Positions 27,723 through 36,401 of a DNA stretch of 46,651 nt are shown in pieces. Under the pieces are notes generated by a model. That model did no database searches. It was not told the origin of the DNA and saw only the letters and a program-made list of their open reading frames with translations. Made by a program: the position numbers and the translations under genes. Source of the DNA: Bacteroidia bacterium (GTDB taxonomy: Bacteria > Bacteroidota > Bacteroidia > Bacteroidales > BM520). Every line of letters begins with the position of its first letter. Within the stretch, counting starts at the first letter, position 1. Where the stretch lies: the NCBI GenBank assembly GCA_009930445.1, contig RZYD01000001.1, forward strand, positions 1-46,651, read 5' to 3'.

Positions 27723-28495
27723 TGGCTGTTTTTGGTATCATAGGAAAACCATTATCCCATTCCTTCTCCCCGGAATATTTTAATGCTTTTTTTTTGAATA
27801 ATCACCTGCCCCACACCTATATTCCCTTTACTTTGAAGTCAATCGCGACCATTCGCAATCTTCTGACTGAATACCCCGACCTGGCAGGTTTTAATGTAAC
27901 GATTCCCTATAAAAAAGAAATTATTCCATTTTTGGATGCCATCGACGCTCAGGCCGCACAAGTGGGGGCTGTGAATACTGTAACAGTCATGAGAACGAAA
28001 AATATTTTTTTTTTAAAAGGCTATAATACTGATATATACGGTATACTGGCCACCCTGGAACTTTTTGATTCACAACCAACCCATGCATTGATTCTTGGCA
28101 CTGGCGGTGCAGCAGCAGCCACTGCGTATGTGTTTCTGCAAAAAGGAATAAAAATAACTTTTGTATCCACAAAACCCGTCAGCAGATCAGAGGTACTCCC
28201 CTATGCGGCAATAACCGCAAAAAAGATGAAAGAATTTGATCTGATTGTGAATACCACTCCGCTGGGCATGGGCGACCGGATCGATAAATTCCCGGATATT
28301 CCTTACCCGGCACTGCGGCCCCAAACGATCGCCTTTGATGTAATATACAACCCCCACGAAACATTATTTCTAAAAAAAGCCAAAGAACAAGGATGTAAAA
28401 CCTTCAATGGATACACTATGCTGGTAAGGCAGGCTGAGGAGGCCTGGAAAATCTGGAGCAATTCAAAAAAAAATAATCCACCGTATTTCTGGTAA
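27722..28495 (+). CDS. aroE: Shikimate dehydrogenase
   Basis: FGIIGKPLSHSFSPEYFN, NVTIPYKKEI, GAVNTV, LGTGGAAAA. Its ATG overlaps the DUF368 stop (TAATG). Confidence 0.9.
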   Translation: MAVFGIIGKPLSHSFSPEYFNAFFLNNHLPHTYIPFTLKSIATIRNLLTEYPDLAGFNVTIPYKKEIIPFLDAIDAQAAQVGAVNTVTVMRTKNIFFLKGYNTDIYGILATLELFDSQPTHALILGTGGAAAATAYVFLQKGIKITFVSTKPVSRSEVLPYAAITAKKMKEFDLIVNTTPLGMGDRIDKFPDIPYPALRPQTIAFDVIYNPHETLFLKKAKEQGCKTFNGYTMLVRQAEEAWKIWSNSKKNNPPYFW

Positions 28496-28500
28496 TTCTG

Positions 28501-28508
28501 TATTTTTG
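28501..28508 (+). promoter_or_regulatory. Candidate -7 promoter box (TATTTTTG) for the lipoprotein gene
   Basis: Perfect TAnnTTTG 5 nt after the aroE stop and 40 nt before ATG 28549. Confidence 0.4.
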
Positions 28509-28548
28509 TCTGAAATAAAAAGATACGTAGAACCTAATGATGTGTAGA

Positions 28549-29118
28549 ATGAAAAAAGTATTGCCCTTACTACTGGTCGCTTTGATGTTTATGGCTTGTG
28601 GAAATCAAACGGACAGGAAAGAAAACGCAAAAGCGATGGATTCATCCGAACCCGCCTTTATTGAAACCGATGTGCTGGATTTTCTGGAGAACAAGGAAAA
28701 TCTGGTGGACAAAACTATCCGCATTAAAGGAATGGTGGCACATGTATGTGCGCATGGAGGAGCCCGGTTTTTCCTGATGCACCCCGACACCGAGGAACGG
28801 GTTAAGGTAAATATTGGTAATAACCTGCCCAGCCTCACACCCGATGTGGAAGGAAGCGATGTCGCGGTAATTGGGGTAGTAAAGGAATTACGGGTGGATA
28901 ATGCCTATCTCGACAACTGGCAGGCAGAAGTGGAAGCCGGAATGCAGGAGTCAGAAAAGAAAATTCATACCGGAGAAGAAGGCCATGAAGACACAGAGCA
29001 TCTGGCCTCACATGACCTGGAGCAAATTAATCAATATCGCCTGATGCTTACGGAAAGCGGGAAGGAATACCTTTCATTTTTCAGTATTGACTGTACAAAA
29101 ATTGAGGAATTCAAATAG
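28549..29118 (+). CDS. Hypothetical lipoprotein with OB-fold-like core and His/Glu-rich segment
   Basis: Lipoprotein signal MKKVLPLLLVALMFMAC. HVCAHGG motif. Acidic/His-rich stretch HTGEEGHEDTEHLASHD. In-frame ATGs also at 28537 and 28540. Confidence 0.6.
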   Translation: MKKVLPLLLVALMFMACGNQTDRKENAKAMDSSEPAFIETDVLDFLENKENLVDKTIRIKGMVAHVCAHGGARFFLMHPDTEERVKVNIGNNLPSLTPDVEGSDVAVIGVVKELRVDNAYLDNWQAEVEAGMQESEKKIHTGEEGHEDTEHLASHDLEQINQYRLMLTESGKEYLSFFSIDCTKIEEFK

Positions 29119-29139
29119 ATTTCTTTACCTAAACGCCAT

Positions 29140-29173
29140 AAAGGAGCCTGTAACCCCACCAACAGGCTCCTTT
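29140..29173 (+). terminator. Strong stem-loop between the lipoprotein and PepSY genes (possible terminator/attenuator)
   Basis: 12-bp stem (29140-29151 / 29162-29173) with a 10-nt loop. Only 3 trailing T, all within the stem, so it lacks a canonical U tract. Confidence 0.45.
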
Positions 29174-29219
29174 GTCGCAAATACATAAACAGGTAAAAAA
29201 ACAAAAATACCTGCACGAG

Positions 29220-29771
29220 ATGAACTTCAGAAAGATTGTCAGGATAACCCACCGTGATTTGGGATATTTCTTTTTTGCAATGACCCTTATCTATGCCCTT
29301 TCGGGGATCGGAATGAATCATTTGGAATCGTGGGATCCCAAATATATTATCAGCACAGAAGAAGCACAAACTAACCGTGCGATGCAGGGAAAAGAAACAC
29401 AGGAAGAAACGGTGTTGCAAATAATGGCGGATTTAGGGTTAGAAAAAGTGTATAAGAAATATTATTTCCCAAATGAGAGACAGTTAAAAATTTTCATTAA
29501 GAATGGAAATGTAACCGTGGATATGCCGACAGGAGAGATCCGAATTGAAACCATCAGGCGGAGGCCCATATTTGGGGAATTTACCTATTTGCATTATGAT
29601 CCGATAAAATATTGGACCTGGTTTTCCGATGCATTTGCCGTTGGGTTGATTTTGCTCGCTGGCACCGGGTTATTCATGGTAAAAGGAAAGCATGGAATAA
29701 CACGGCGTGGAGCTATCTGGACTCTTGCCGGGATATTAATCCCATTGCTTTATCTGTTTTTATTGCTATAA
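29220..29771 (+). CDS. Short PepSY-associated TM helix family protein
   Basis: HRDLGYFFFAMTLIYALSGIGMNH first helix is typical of PepSY_TM proteins. There is a central soluble PepSY-like segment and two C-terminal TM helices. Start at ATG 29220, because the track TTG 29172 lies inside the upstream hairpin. Confidence 0.6.
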   Translation: MNFRKIVRITHRDLGYFFFAMTLIYALSGIGMNHLESWDPKYIISTEEAQTNRAMQGKETQEETVLQIMADLGLEKVYKKYYFPNERQLKIFIKNGNVTVDMPTGEIRIETIRRRPIFGEFTYLHYDPIKYWTWFSDAFAVGLILLAGTGLFMVKGKHGITRRGAIWTLAGILIPLLYLFLLL

Positions 29772-30025
29772 AATCTAATAGATAGCGCTGGCCGTTTGAG
29801 GAAAAAATATCCATAAAGGATGAAGAGTAAAAAAATACACAGCGACGCAACAGTCCCAAGCGTCTATCGTATACCGTAAAATAAAAATAAAGTCAATAAA
29901 CAACTGGAATTCAATGTGTTATCATGCAAGCCCACCCGTACACCTGCTACGGGTAAACACTGAATAAATACATGCGAAACTTAAGAAAATTTCAGTAAAC
30001 AACGCATTTTTTATAGCTTCTCCAC

Positions 30026-30062
30026 AAAAAATGAGGCTGTCTAAAAAGACAGCCTCATTTTT
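30026..30062. terminator. Bidirectional rho-independent terminator (ends the thrS-infC-rpmI-rplT operon)
   Basis: 11-bp perfect stem ATGAGGCTGTC / GACAGCCTCAT (30031-30041 / 30048-30058) with a 6-nt loop, flanked by A5 (30026-30030) and T run 30058-30062. It lies 15 nt beyond the rplT stop. Confidence 0.8.
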
Positions 30063-30077
30063 ATAAAATTATCCCAA

Positions 30078-30422
30078 TTATTTTACTGCATCCAGAATGG
30101 CTTTAAAAGCCTCGGGATTATTCATTGCCAAATCGGCAAGAACTTTCCGGCTGATGTCAATATTTTTTTCATGCAATTTACCCATAAAAACGGAATAGGA
30201 CATTCCATGCTCACGGGTTGCCGCATTAATTCTTTGAATCCACAGCGCGCGGAAACTACGTTTTTTATTTCGTCTGTCGCGGTAGGCATACGTTTGGCCT
30301 TTTTCCCATGAATTTTTGGCGACCGTCCAGACATTTTTTCTTCTACCAAATTGACCTTTGGTACGGTTGAGCAGTTTTTTTCTCCGGTGTCGGGAGGCTA
30401 CTGCATTTACTGATCTTGGCAT
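30078..30422 (-). CDS. rplT: 50S ribosomal protein L20
   Basis: [30 protein letters not shown]. 114 aa. Confidence 0.95.
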   Translation of the reverse strand: MPRSVNAVASRHRRKKLLNRTKGQFGRRKNVWTVAKNSWEKGQTYAYRDRRNKKRSFRALWIQRINAATREHGMSYSVFMGKLHEKNIDISRKVLADLAMNNPEAFKAILDAVK

Positions 30423-30493
30423 CTTTTTTTCTTTTTTTTACTTCAGCGATTCCAATGAATTCTTTAGGTGCTGAAAGTAAGTTAAACAATTCA

Positions 30494-30688
30494 TTACTTC
30501 GAGAGCATCTCTTTTACATTTGCAACATCTGCTTTATCAACGATGGCGAAATACGTCAGATTTCGTTTTCTCTTCGTTGACTTTTTCGTCAGGATGTGGC
30601 TTTTGTATGCATGCTTTCTTTTCAATTTTCCGCTGCCAGTAAACGTAAAACGTTTTTTTGCACTGGCTTTACTTTTCATTTTCGGCAT
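30494..30688 (-). CDS. rpmI: 50S ribosomal protein L35
   Basis: [14 protein letters not shown]...[14 protein letters not shown]. 64 aa. Confidence 0.95.
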   Translation of the reverse strand: MPKMKSKASAKKRFTFTGSGKLKRKHAYKSHILTKKSTKRKRNLTYFAIVDKADVANVKEMLSK

Positions 30689-30735
30689 TGCTACAAGTTT
30701 AAACCGTTAATAGTTGTATTTATCGCTTGGAGTTG

Positions 30736-31275
30736 TTACTTTTTGGGAGCAACAATCATAATCATTCTTTTTCCTTCGAGCTTAGGCATTCGTTCAACCT
30801 TACCATAATCGGCCAGTTCCTGAGCAAATTTCAGTAAGATTATTTCACCTTTTTCTTTATATATAATCGAGCGTCCTTTAAAAAACACATCGATTTTCAC
30901 TTTTGCGCCTTCTTCGAGAAAGCTGATCGCATGTTTTAATTTAAAATTAAAGTCGTGATCATCTGTATTAGGGCCAAGGCGGATTTCTTTGATCACCACT
31001 TTGGCTGTTTTGGCTTTTATTTCCTTTTGTTTCTTTTTTTGTTCATAAAGAAACTTTTTGTAATTAATCACCTTACACACGGGCGGATTGGCACTTGGAG
31101 AAATTTCGACCAGATCGAGTTCCAGTTTTTCAGCCAGAACGAGCGCATCGCGAAGGTTCATTATCCCGGGTTCGACATTATCTCCGACAACGCGCACCAC
31201 CGGTGCAGTAATCAAATGATTAATCCGATGCGGATTTTCTTCCCTTCTGTGCGGACGTTTATATCCGCCTTGAAT
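30736..31275 (-). CDS. infC: Translation initiation factor IF-3, non-AUG (ATT) start
   Basis: The reading frame is open upstream of the track TTG (31215) to a TAG at 31291-31293. The upstream residues (I)[30 protein letters not shown] parallel E. coli (AUU)[25 protein letters not shown]. No ATG/GTG is available. ATA at 31287 is an alternative start. Confidence 0.85.
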   Translation of the reverse strand: MQGGYKRPHRREENPHRINHLITAPVVRVVGDNVEPGIMNLRDALVLAEKLELDLVEISPSANPPVCKVINYKKFLYEQKKKQKEIKAKTAKVVIKEIRLGPNTDDHDFNFKLKHAISFLEEGAKVKIDVFFKGRSIIYKEKGEIILLKFAQELADYGKVERMPKLEGKRMIMIVAPKK

Positions 31276-31332
31276 AAAATTTGCTATAACCTAATCTCCT
31301 ATCTTTTATTAAACAATTAAGCCGTGTCGCAT

Positions 31333-33279
31333 TTATAGTTCGGAAGTAGCCTCCCGAACTTCTGTTGAAATACGTTCGATAAAGGCTTCCGTAGTCATGC
31401 TTCCCAAGTCTCCATCTCCATGTTTTCTTACGGAGACAAGGCCTTCGGCTTCTTCTTTTTCGCCGACGATGAGCATATAAGGCACTTTTTTCATTTCCGC
31501 ATCGCGGATTTTACGACCTGTTTTCTCACTTCGCCAGTCAATTTGGGCGCGAATATCTGAATTTTTTAGCAATTTTAAAAGTTTTTCAGCATAATCGTTA
31601 TATTTTTCGCTGATAGGAAGAATAATAGCCTGCTCCGGAGTCAGCCAAATGGGGAAATTTCCGGCACAATGCTCGATCAATACCGCCACAAAACGCTCCA
31701 TAGAGCCGAACGGTGCGCGGTGAATCATTACCGGGCGGTGCTTTTCGTTATCACTTCCGGTATATTCCAGTTCAAAACGTTCCGGAAGGTTATAATCCAC
31801 CTGAATGGTGCCCAGTTGCCATTTTCTTCCCAGGGCATCCCGAACCATAAAGTCCATTTTAGGGCCGTAAAATGCAGCTTCGCCATAGGCAATAACAGTC
31901 TCAAGCCCACGCTCCTGTGCTACTTCCATAATGGCCTGTTCGGCCTTTTCCCAATTTTCATCCGATCCGATATATTTGGATGGATTCAACGGATCACGAA
32001 GTGATATTTGCGTAATAAAATCTTTAAAATCGAGTGCATTAAAGATTTTCATCACAATATCCATTACACTTTTAAATTCATCCTTTACCTGGTCAGGCGT
32101 ACAGAAAATATGGGCATCATCCTGGGTAAAACTTCTTACACGGGTTAACCCATGCAGCTCGCCACTTTGCTCATAGCGGTAAACGGTTCCAAATTCGGCA
32201 TAACGAATCGGAAGGTCTTTGTAGGAATGCGGTTTATTGGCATATATTTCACAATGATGCGGACAGTTCATCGGTTTTAGGAAATACTCCTCCCCTTCCA
32301 CCGGGGTAGAAATCGGGCGAAAACTATCGGCTCCATACTTTTGAAAATGTCCTGACGTTTTATACAGGTTTACATTTCCAATATGGGGTGTTATGACCTG
32401 TTCGTAGCCTGCCTTACGTTGTACCAATTTCAGAAAATCTTCAAGCCGGCCGCGTAGTTCGGCTCCTTTAGGTAACCAAAGGGGTAATCCAAGACCAACA
32501 CGCGGTGAAAAGGCAAAAAGTTCCAATTCTTTTCCCAATTTTCTGTGGTCACGTTTTTTAGCCTCCTCCAGCAGCGCCAGGTAGTCGGTAAGTTCCTGTT
32601 TTTTTGGAAAAGTAATTCCATAAATCCGGGTTAACTGCTTTCGGGTTTCATCACCACGCCAGTAGGCCCCTGCGATACTCAAAAGTTTCACTGCCTTAAT
32701 ATGCCCCGTATCCGGAAGATGTGGCCCCCGACATAAATCGGTAAAGTTACCACTTTCATAAAAGGTAATCCGGCCATCTTCAAGGTCGTTAATCAACTCA
32801 ATTTTATAGGGATCGCCTTTTTTGGTAAAGTAATCAAGTGCTTCCTGTTTTGAAACTTCCCGGCGCGTAAACACTTGTTTCTGACGCGCCAGTTCGAGCA
32901 TTTTATTTTCGATTTTCGGAAATTCGTTGTCGGAAATGGAATAATCCCCGAAATCAATATCATAATAAAACCCGTTTTCAATGTCGGGTCCTATTCCAAA
33001 TTTCACTCCGGGATAGAGCAATTCAATTGCCTCTGCCATCAAATGGGCCGACGAATGCCACATCGTGGCTTTTCCTTCCTGATCATTCCATGTCAGCAGT
33101 TGAACGCGGGCATCCTCCATAATGGGAAGAAGTGCATCCTGTAAGTTGCCGTTTACTTTTGCAGCTAACACATTGCGGGCGAGGCCTTCAGAAATCCCCT
33201 TTGCAATATCCATGGCAGAAATCCCTGCCACATATTTTTTTTCCGAACCATCGGGTAATGTTATCGTTATCATCATCAT
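31333..33279 (-). CDS. thrS: Threonine--tRNA ligase
   Basis: TGS domain N-terminus, editing-domain HSSAHLMA, class II core [11 protein letters not shown] and [23 protein letters not shown]. 648 aa. Confidence 0.95.
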   Translation of the reverse strand: MMMITITLPDGSEKKYVAGISAMDIAKGISEGLARNVLAAKVNGNLQDALLPIMEDARVQLLTWNDQEGKATMWHSSAHLMAEAIELLYPGVKFGIGPDIENGFYYDIDFGDYSISDNEFPKIENKMLELARQKQVFTRREVSKQEALDYFTKKGDPYKIELINDLEDGRITFYESGNFTDLCRGPHLPDTGHIKAVKLLSIAGAYWRGDETRKQLTRIYGITFPKKQELTDYLALLEEAKKRDHRKLGKELELFAFSPRVGLGLPLWLPKGAELRGRLEDFLKLVQRKAGYEQVITPHIGNVNLYKTSGHFQKYGADSFRPISTPVEGEEYFLKPMNCPHHCEIYANKPHSYKDLPIRYAEFGTVYRYEQSGELHGLTRVRSFTQDDAHIFCTPDQVKDEFKSVMDIVMKIFNALDFKDFITQISLRDPLNPSKYIGSDENWEKAEQAIMEVAQERGLETVIAYGEAAFYGPKMDFMVRDALGRKWQLGTIQVDYNLPERFELEYTGSDNEKHRPVMIHRAPFGSMERFVAVLIEHCAGNFPIWLTPEQAIILPISEKYNDYAEKLLKLLKNSDIRAQIDWRSEKTGRKIRDAEMKKVPYMLIVGEKEEAEGLVSVRKHGDGDLGSMTTEAFIERISTEVREATSEL

Positions 33280-33298
33280 TAACTTTTAAAATCGAGTG

Positions 33299-33306
33299 CA
33301 AATTTA
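33299..33306 (-). promoter_or_regulatory. Candidate -7 promoter box (TAAATTTG on minus strand) for thrS operon
   Basis: Plus-strand CAAATTTA, 19 nt upstream of the thrS ATG. Confidence 0.45.
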
Positions 33307-33380
33307 CAAGAAAAACAAATATTATATATGAAGATTTTTTTATGAATTATTAATTCTATCTTCCGCACCCCTAAAACCGG

Positions 33381-35342
33381 TCAATGGATTACAAATTCTG
33401 TCCGCCGATTTTTGGCTCTGCCCTCCGGGGTATCATTGGCGGATACGGGATTCGTACTGCCCATCCCCTTGTAGCTTAACCGGGATGCAGCAATACCCAT
33501 TTCAATAAGCCGGTGATAGACTGCCTGAGCCCGGTTCTCCGATAATATTTTATTATGTTGTCTTTCCCCGGTGTTGTCGGTATGGCCAATAATCTCCAAG
33601 CTGATTTCCGGGTTCCGGGTGAGTAATTCGGACACCAATTGCAATTCCGGGTTTGACTCCGGCTTAATCAAATATTTATCCGTATCAAAAAATATATTTC
33701 GGGTCACAAACGACTCACCACTTCGGACTGGAAAAAGAGGAACATCCTTTATAAACGGTGTAAGGGTTAAATGGTTTGCTTTAAGAAAAAACTGATCCGA
33801 ATAATACAGGTATCCTTCCCGTCGGGCAGCAAGTAGATAGTCGTTCCCTGCGGGCAGGCATACTAAAAATTCTCCGGTACGGGCATCAGAGTAGGAAGCA
33901 ATGCGTTCTTCACCCGATTGCAGGTCGGTCAATGTGAAGTAGGCTTTTAATGGGGTCTTTGTTTCCGCATCATAAACCTTCCCCTGAAGGTAAGTGACAG
34001 GAGAAGGCTGTGCCTCATCATATAAAGCAAAGGAATAAATGTCATACCGGCCAAGTCCGCCCAGTTTATCGCTCGAAAAATAGGCAATGGTACCCTCCGG
34101 ACCCACCACAAGTGTCATTTCATCAGCATAAGTATTAATCGGATATCCAAGGTTCACCGGAGTACTCCACAGGGTATCGTTGAATTTTCGTGTATAAAAA
34201 AGATCTTTACCGCCCATCCCCAAATGACCATCAGACGAGAAATATAGCGTCTTCCCATCGGGATGAATAAATGGGGCCATTTCACTTCCCTGTGTGTTTA
34301 TGGTTTTGCCCAGGTTTACAGGCGCACAAAGTGTTCCATCGTTGTTTATTGTTGAAAACCATAAATCAGTTTGACCATATCCTCCGGGCCGGTTACTGGC
34401 AAAGAACAGTGTTTTTCCATCCGATGAAACCGATGGCTGTGATTCCCATGCTGCACTATTTACCATGGAGCCAAGATTCACCGGTGTGCCCCATTGATTT
34501 CCGTCACGGTTACTTACGTACAAATCACAGCGTCCGTAGCTATCGGTGCGATCACATCCCGCAAAAAAAATGTATCGACCATCAGGCGACAGGGAGAGTG
34601 CACCCTCGTTACCGGCCGTATTCACCGGATTTCCCAGGTTGCGGGGGCATTGCCAGCCGCTGCTATCCCGATCGGCGATATAAAAATCTTCCGTCTCTCT
34701 GGTGCCGGTTGATAATCCGTGAAACGAAGGTGGTGCTTTAATTGTAAGCAGCAGTGACATTCCATCAATACGCAGGGCATTAATAAAATCATCATAAGGA
34801 GAATTTACCCTTTCTCCAAGATGAATAGGATGAAACGGCACCGGATTTTCGATTGCATCAAGTGCAAAATCGACTCTTTTCAGCATTTTTTCGACAAAAC
34901 GGGCCGTTTCGCCCACAGGCTGAGCCAAGCGCTGAAATGCGCTGAAATGCCTACCAGAAGCCTCATACATCCCCATCCCGAGTTCGGTTCGCGCAAGCAT
35001 TAACAAGAGATCCTCCTTATGCGCAGGATTTAATTCTAATGCTCTGGAATAGGCCTCTACAGCACGACGATCCTCTCCTATATTCAGATACAGATCGCCC
35101 ATTAACACCCATGCATCGGTGTACAATGAATCCATACTAACCGCAGAATAAAGGTAGTTTAATGCTTTTGCATGCTCGTATACGCTGGCGGCAGCAGAAG
35201 CTTTTTCGAAGCTGATACGTGCCTTTCGACCCGGAATATGCTGCGCCGTAGCCGACTGTCCCCCTGCAAACAGAATTAGCGTAATGATTAAAAACCCTAC
35301 TGCATTGCGAAGGATAAAGGCAGGTGATGATATACTATTCAA
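33381..35342 (-). CDS. OmpA family protein with N-terminal TPR, PD40/TolB-like beta-propeller repeats and C-terminal OmpA peptidoglycan-binding domain
   Basis: Signal peptide. PD40-type repeats (SPDGRYIFFA, SSDGKTLFFASNRPGGYGQTDLW, HPDGKTLYFSSD). OmpA_C motif TDNTGERQHNKILSENRAQAV...NRRTEFVI. The only in-frame start is TTG 35342. Confidence 0.85.
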   Translation of the reverse strand: MNSISSPAFILRNAVGFLIITLILFAGGQSATAQHIPGRKARISFEKASAAASVYEHAKALNYLYSAVSMDSLYTDAWVLMGDLYLNIGEDRRAVEAYSRALELNPAHKEDLLLMLARTELGMGMYEASGRHFSAFQRLAQPVGETARFVEKMLKRVDFALDAIENPVPFHPIHLGERVNSPYDDFINALRIDGMSLLLTIKAPPSFHGLSTGTRETEDFYIADRDSSGWQCPRNLGNPVNTAGNEGALSLSPDGRYIFFAGCDRTDSYGRCDLYVSNRDGNQWGTPVNLGSMVNSAAWESQPSVSSDGKTLFFASNRPGGYGQTDLWFSTINNDGTLCAPVNLGKTINTQGSEMAPFIHPDGKTLYFSSDGHLGMGGKDLFYTRKFNDTLWSTPVNLGYPINTYADEMTLVVGPEGTIAYFSSDKLGGLGRYDIYSFALYDEAQPSPVTYLQGKVYDAETKTPLKAYFTLTDLQSGEERIASYSDARTGEFLVCLPAGNDYLLAARREGYLYYSDQFFLKANHLTLTPFIKDVPLFPVRSGESFVTRNIFFDTDKYLIKPESNPELQLVSELLTRNPEISLEIIGHTDNTGERQHNKILSENRAQAVYHRLIEMGIAASRLSYKGMGSTNPVSANDTPEGRAKNRRTEFVIH

Positions 35343-35405
35343 ACGAGTTTGTTTTATCTATAATCGTGTAACGCAACACGGGATTAAAAAGTATTTTCAG
35401 CAGAA

Positions 35406-36287
35406 TTACGAATAGATCTCATTTTTAAAGGCCTTGAGCGTATTCATCAAAAGTGCAGTAATCGTCATGGGTCCCACGCCACCAGGCACAGGAGTAATCC
35501 AGGAGGCTTTCGATGAAACCGCTTCAAAATCCACATCTCCGATCAGTTTAAATCCTGATTGCGTAGTTTCCGATGGAACCCGGTGAATTCCCACATCGAC
35601 AACAACTGCACCTTTTTTAACCCAATCGGCTTTTACAAAAAGAGGTTTTCCGATTGCGGCAATAATAATATCGGCAGCAGAAAGGATTTCAGCCGTATTT
35701 ACGGAATAACTATGCAGAGTTGTGACCGTTGCATTTCCCGGATTTGCCTTGCGGGAAAGCAACAGGCTCATGGGAGTACCCACAATATTCGACCGACCTA
35801 ACACAACACAATTTTTACCTTCGGTTTTAATGTTAAAATGCTCAAAAAGCATTAGAATTCCGTAGGGTGTTGCCGGCAAATAAGCGGGCAATCCGGCAAC
35901 CATTTTACCAACGTTCACGGGATGAAATCCATCCACATCTTTTGCCGGGTCGATGGATTGAAGCACTATATCTTTATGAATAGCTTCCGGTAAGGGAAGT
36001 TGCACAATCACACCATCAATTTCTTCATCTTGGTTAATAAACCGAATTACTTTCAATAACTCTTCCTGCGATGTATCAGCAGGTAAACGATATAGCGTAG
36101 AGGTAATGCCGACTGAGCGACAGGCTTTTTCTTTATTGGCTACATAGGTTTGGCTTGCCGGGTCATCGCCAACCAATACAGCGGCGAGGTGCGGCGCTCT
36201 CTTTCCGGAGTCGATTATTTCGGCCACTTCAGCTTTTATTTTTTCCCGATAGGCAGCGGAGGCTTTTACTCCATCAATGATTTTCAT
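35406..36287 (-). CDS. folD: Bifunctional methylenetetrahydrofolate dehydrogenase/methenyltetrahydrofolate cyclohydrolase
   Basis: MKIIDGVKASA..., LAAVLVGDDPASQTYV, GRSNIVGTPM, PVPGGVGPMTI. First ATG is 36287 (track start 36293 is TTG). Confidence 0.93.
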   Translation of the reverse strand: MKIIDGVKASAAYREKIKAEVAEIIDSGKRAPHLAAVLVGDDPASQTYVANKEKACRSVGITSTLYRLPADTSQEELLKVIRFINQDEEIDGVIVQLPLPEAIHKDIVLQSIDPAKDVDGFHPVNVGKMVAGLPAYLPATPYGILMLFEHFNIKTEGKNCVVLGRSNIVGTPMSLLLSRKANPGNATVTTLHSYSVNTAEILSAADIIIAAIGKPLFVKADWVKKGAVVVDVGIHRVPSETTQSGFKLIGDVDFEAVSSKASWITPVPGGVGPMTITALLMNTLKAFKNEIYS

Positions 36288-36401
36288 GGGCAATCGATTT
36301 ACAAGGTTATAAAATCAATAAAGAACAAACATTTTTGAGGATGCTTGTGGTAAAAAAACAGCATAAGAAGAAACAATACAGGGCTGTGAAAGTTTTCTGG
36401 T

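Noticed and set aside
28005-28014. Homopolymer tracts as phase-variation switches: T10 in aroE (28005-28014), A9 in comA (26336-26344), G7 in the sbcC signature motif (2733-2739), C7 in the BatA_N gene (3950-3956)
   Set aside because: They sit in housekeeping genes, encode sensible Phe/Lys/Gly/Pro codons of conserved motifs, and are within the range expected for an AT-rich genome. No contingency-locus context.
33280-33298. T-box or operator-type leader upstream of thrS
   Set aside because: The candidate -7 box is only 19 nt from the ATG, leaving no room for a structured leader.
34931-34950. Perfect 10-bp tandem repeat GCTGAAATGC x2 inside the OmpA-family gene
   Set aside because: The reading frame is intact through it (encodes HFSAFQR) and there are only two copies. 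It is most likely chance, and at best a minor slippage hotspot.
36294-36401. Possible THF riboswitch or strong ffh terminator in the ffh-folD spacer
   Set aside because: There is only a weak 5-bp stem (ACAGC/GCTGT) before a T7 run, and nothing resembles a structured riboswitch aptamer. folD probably has a near-consensus box (TAACCTTG) only.
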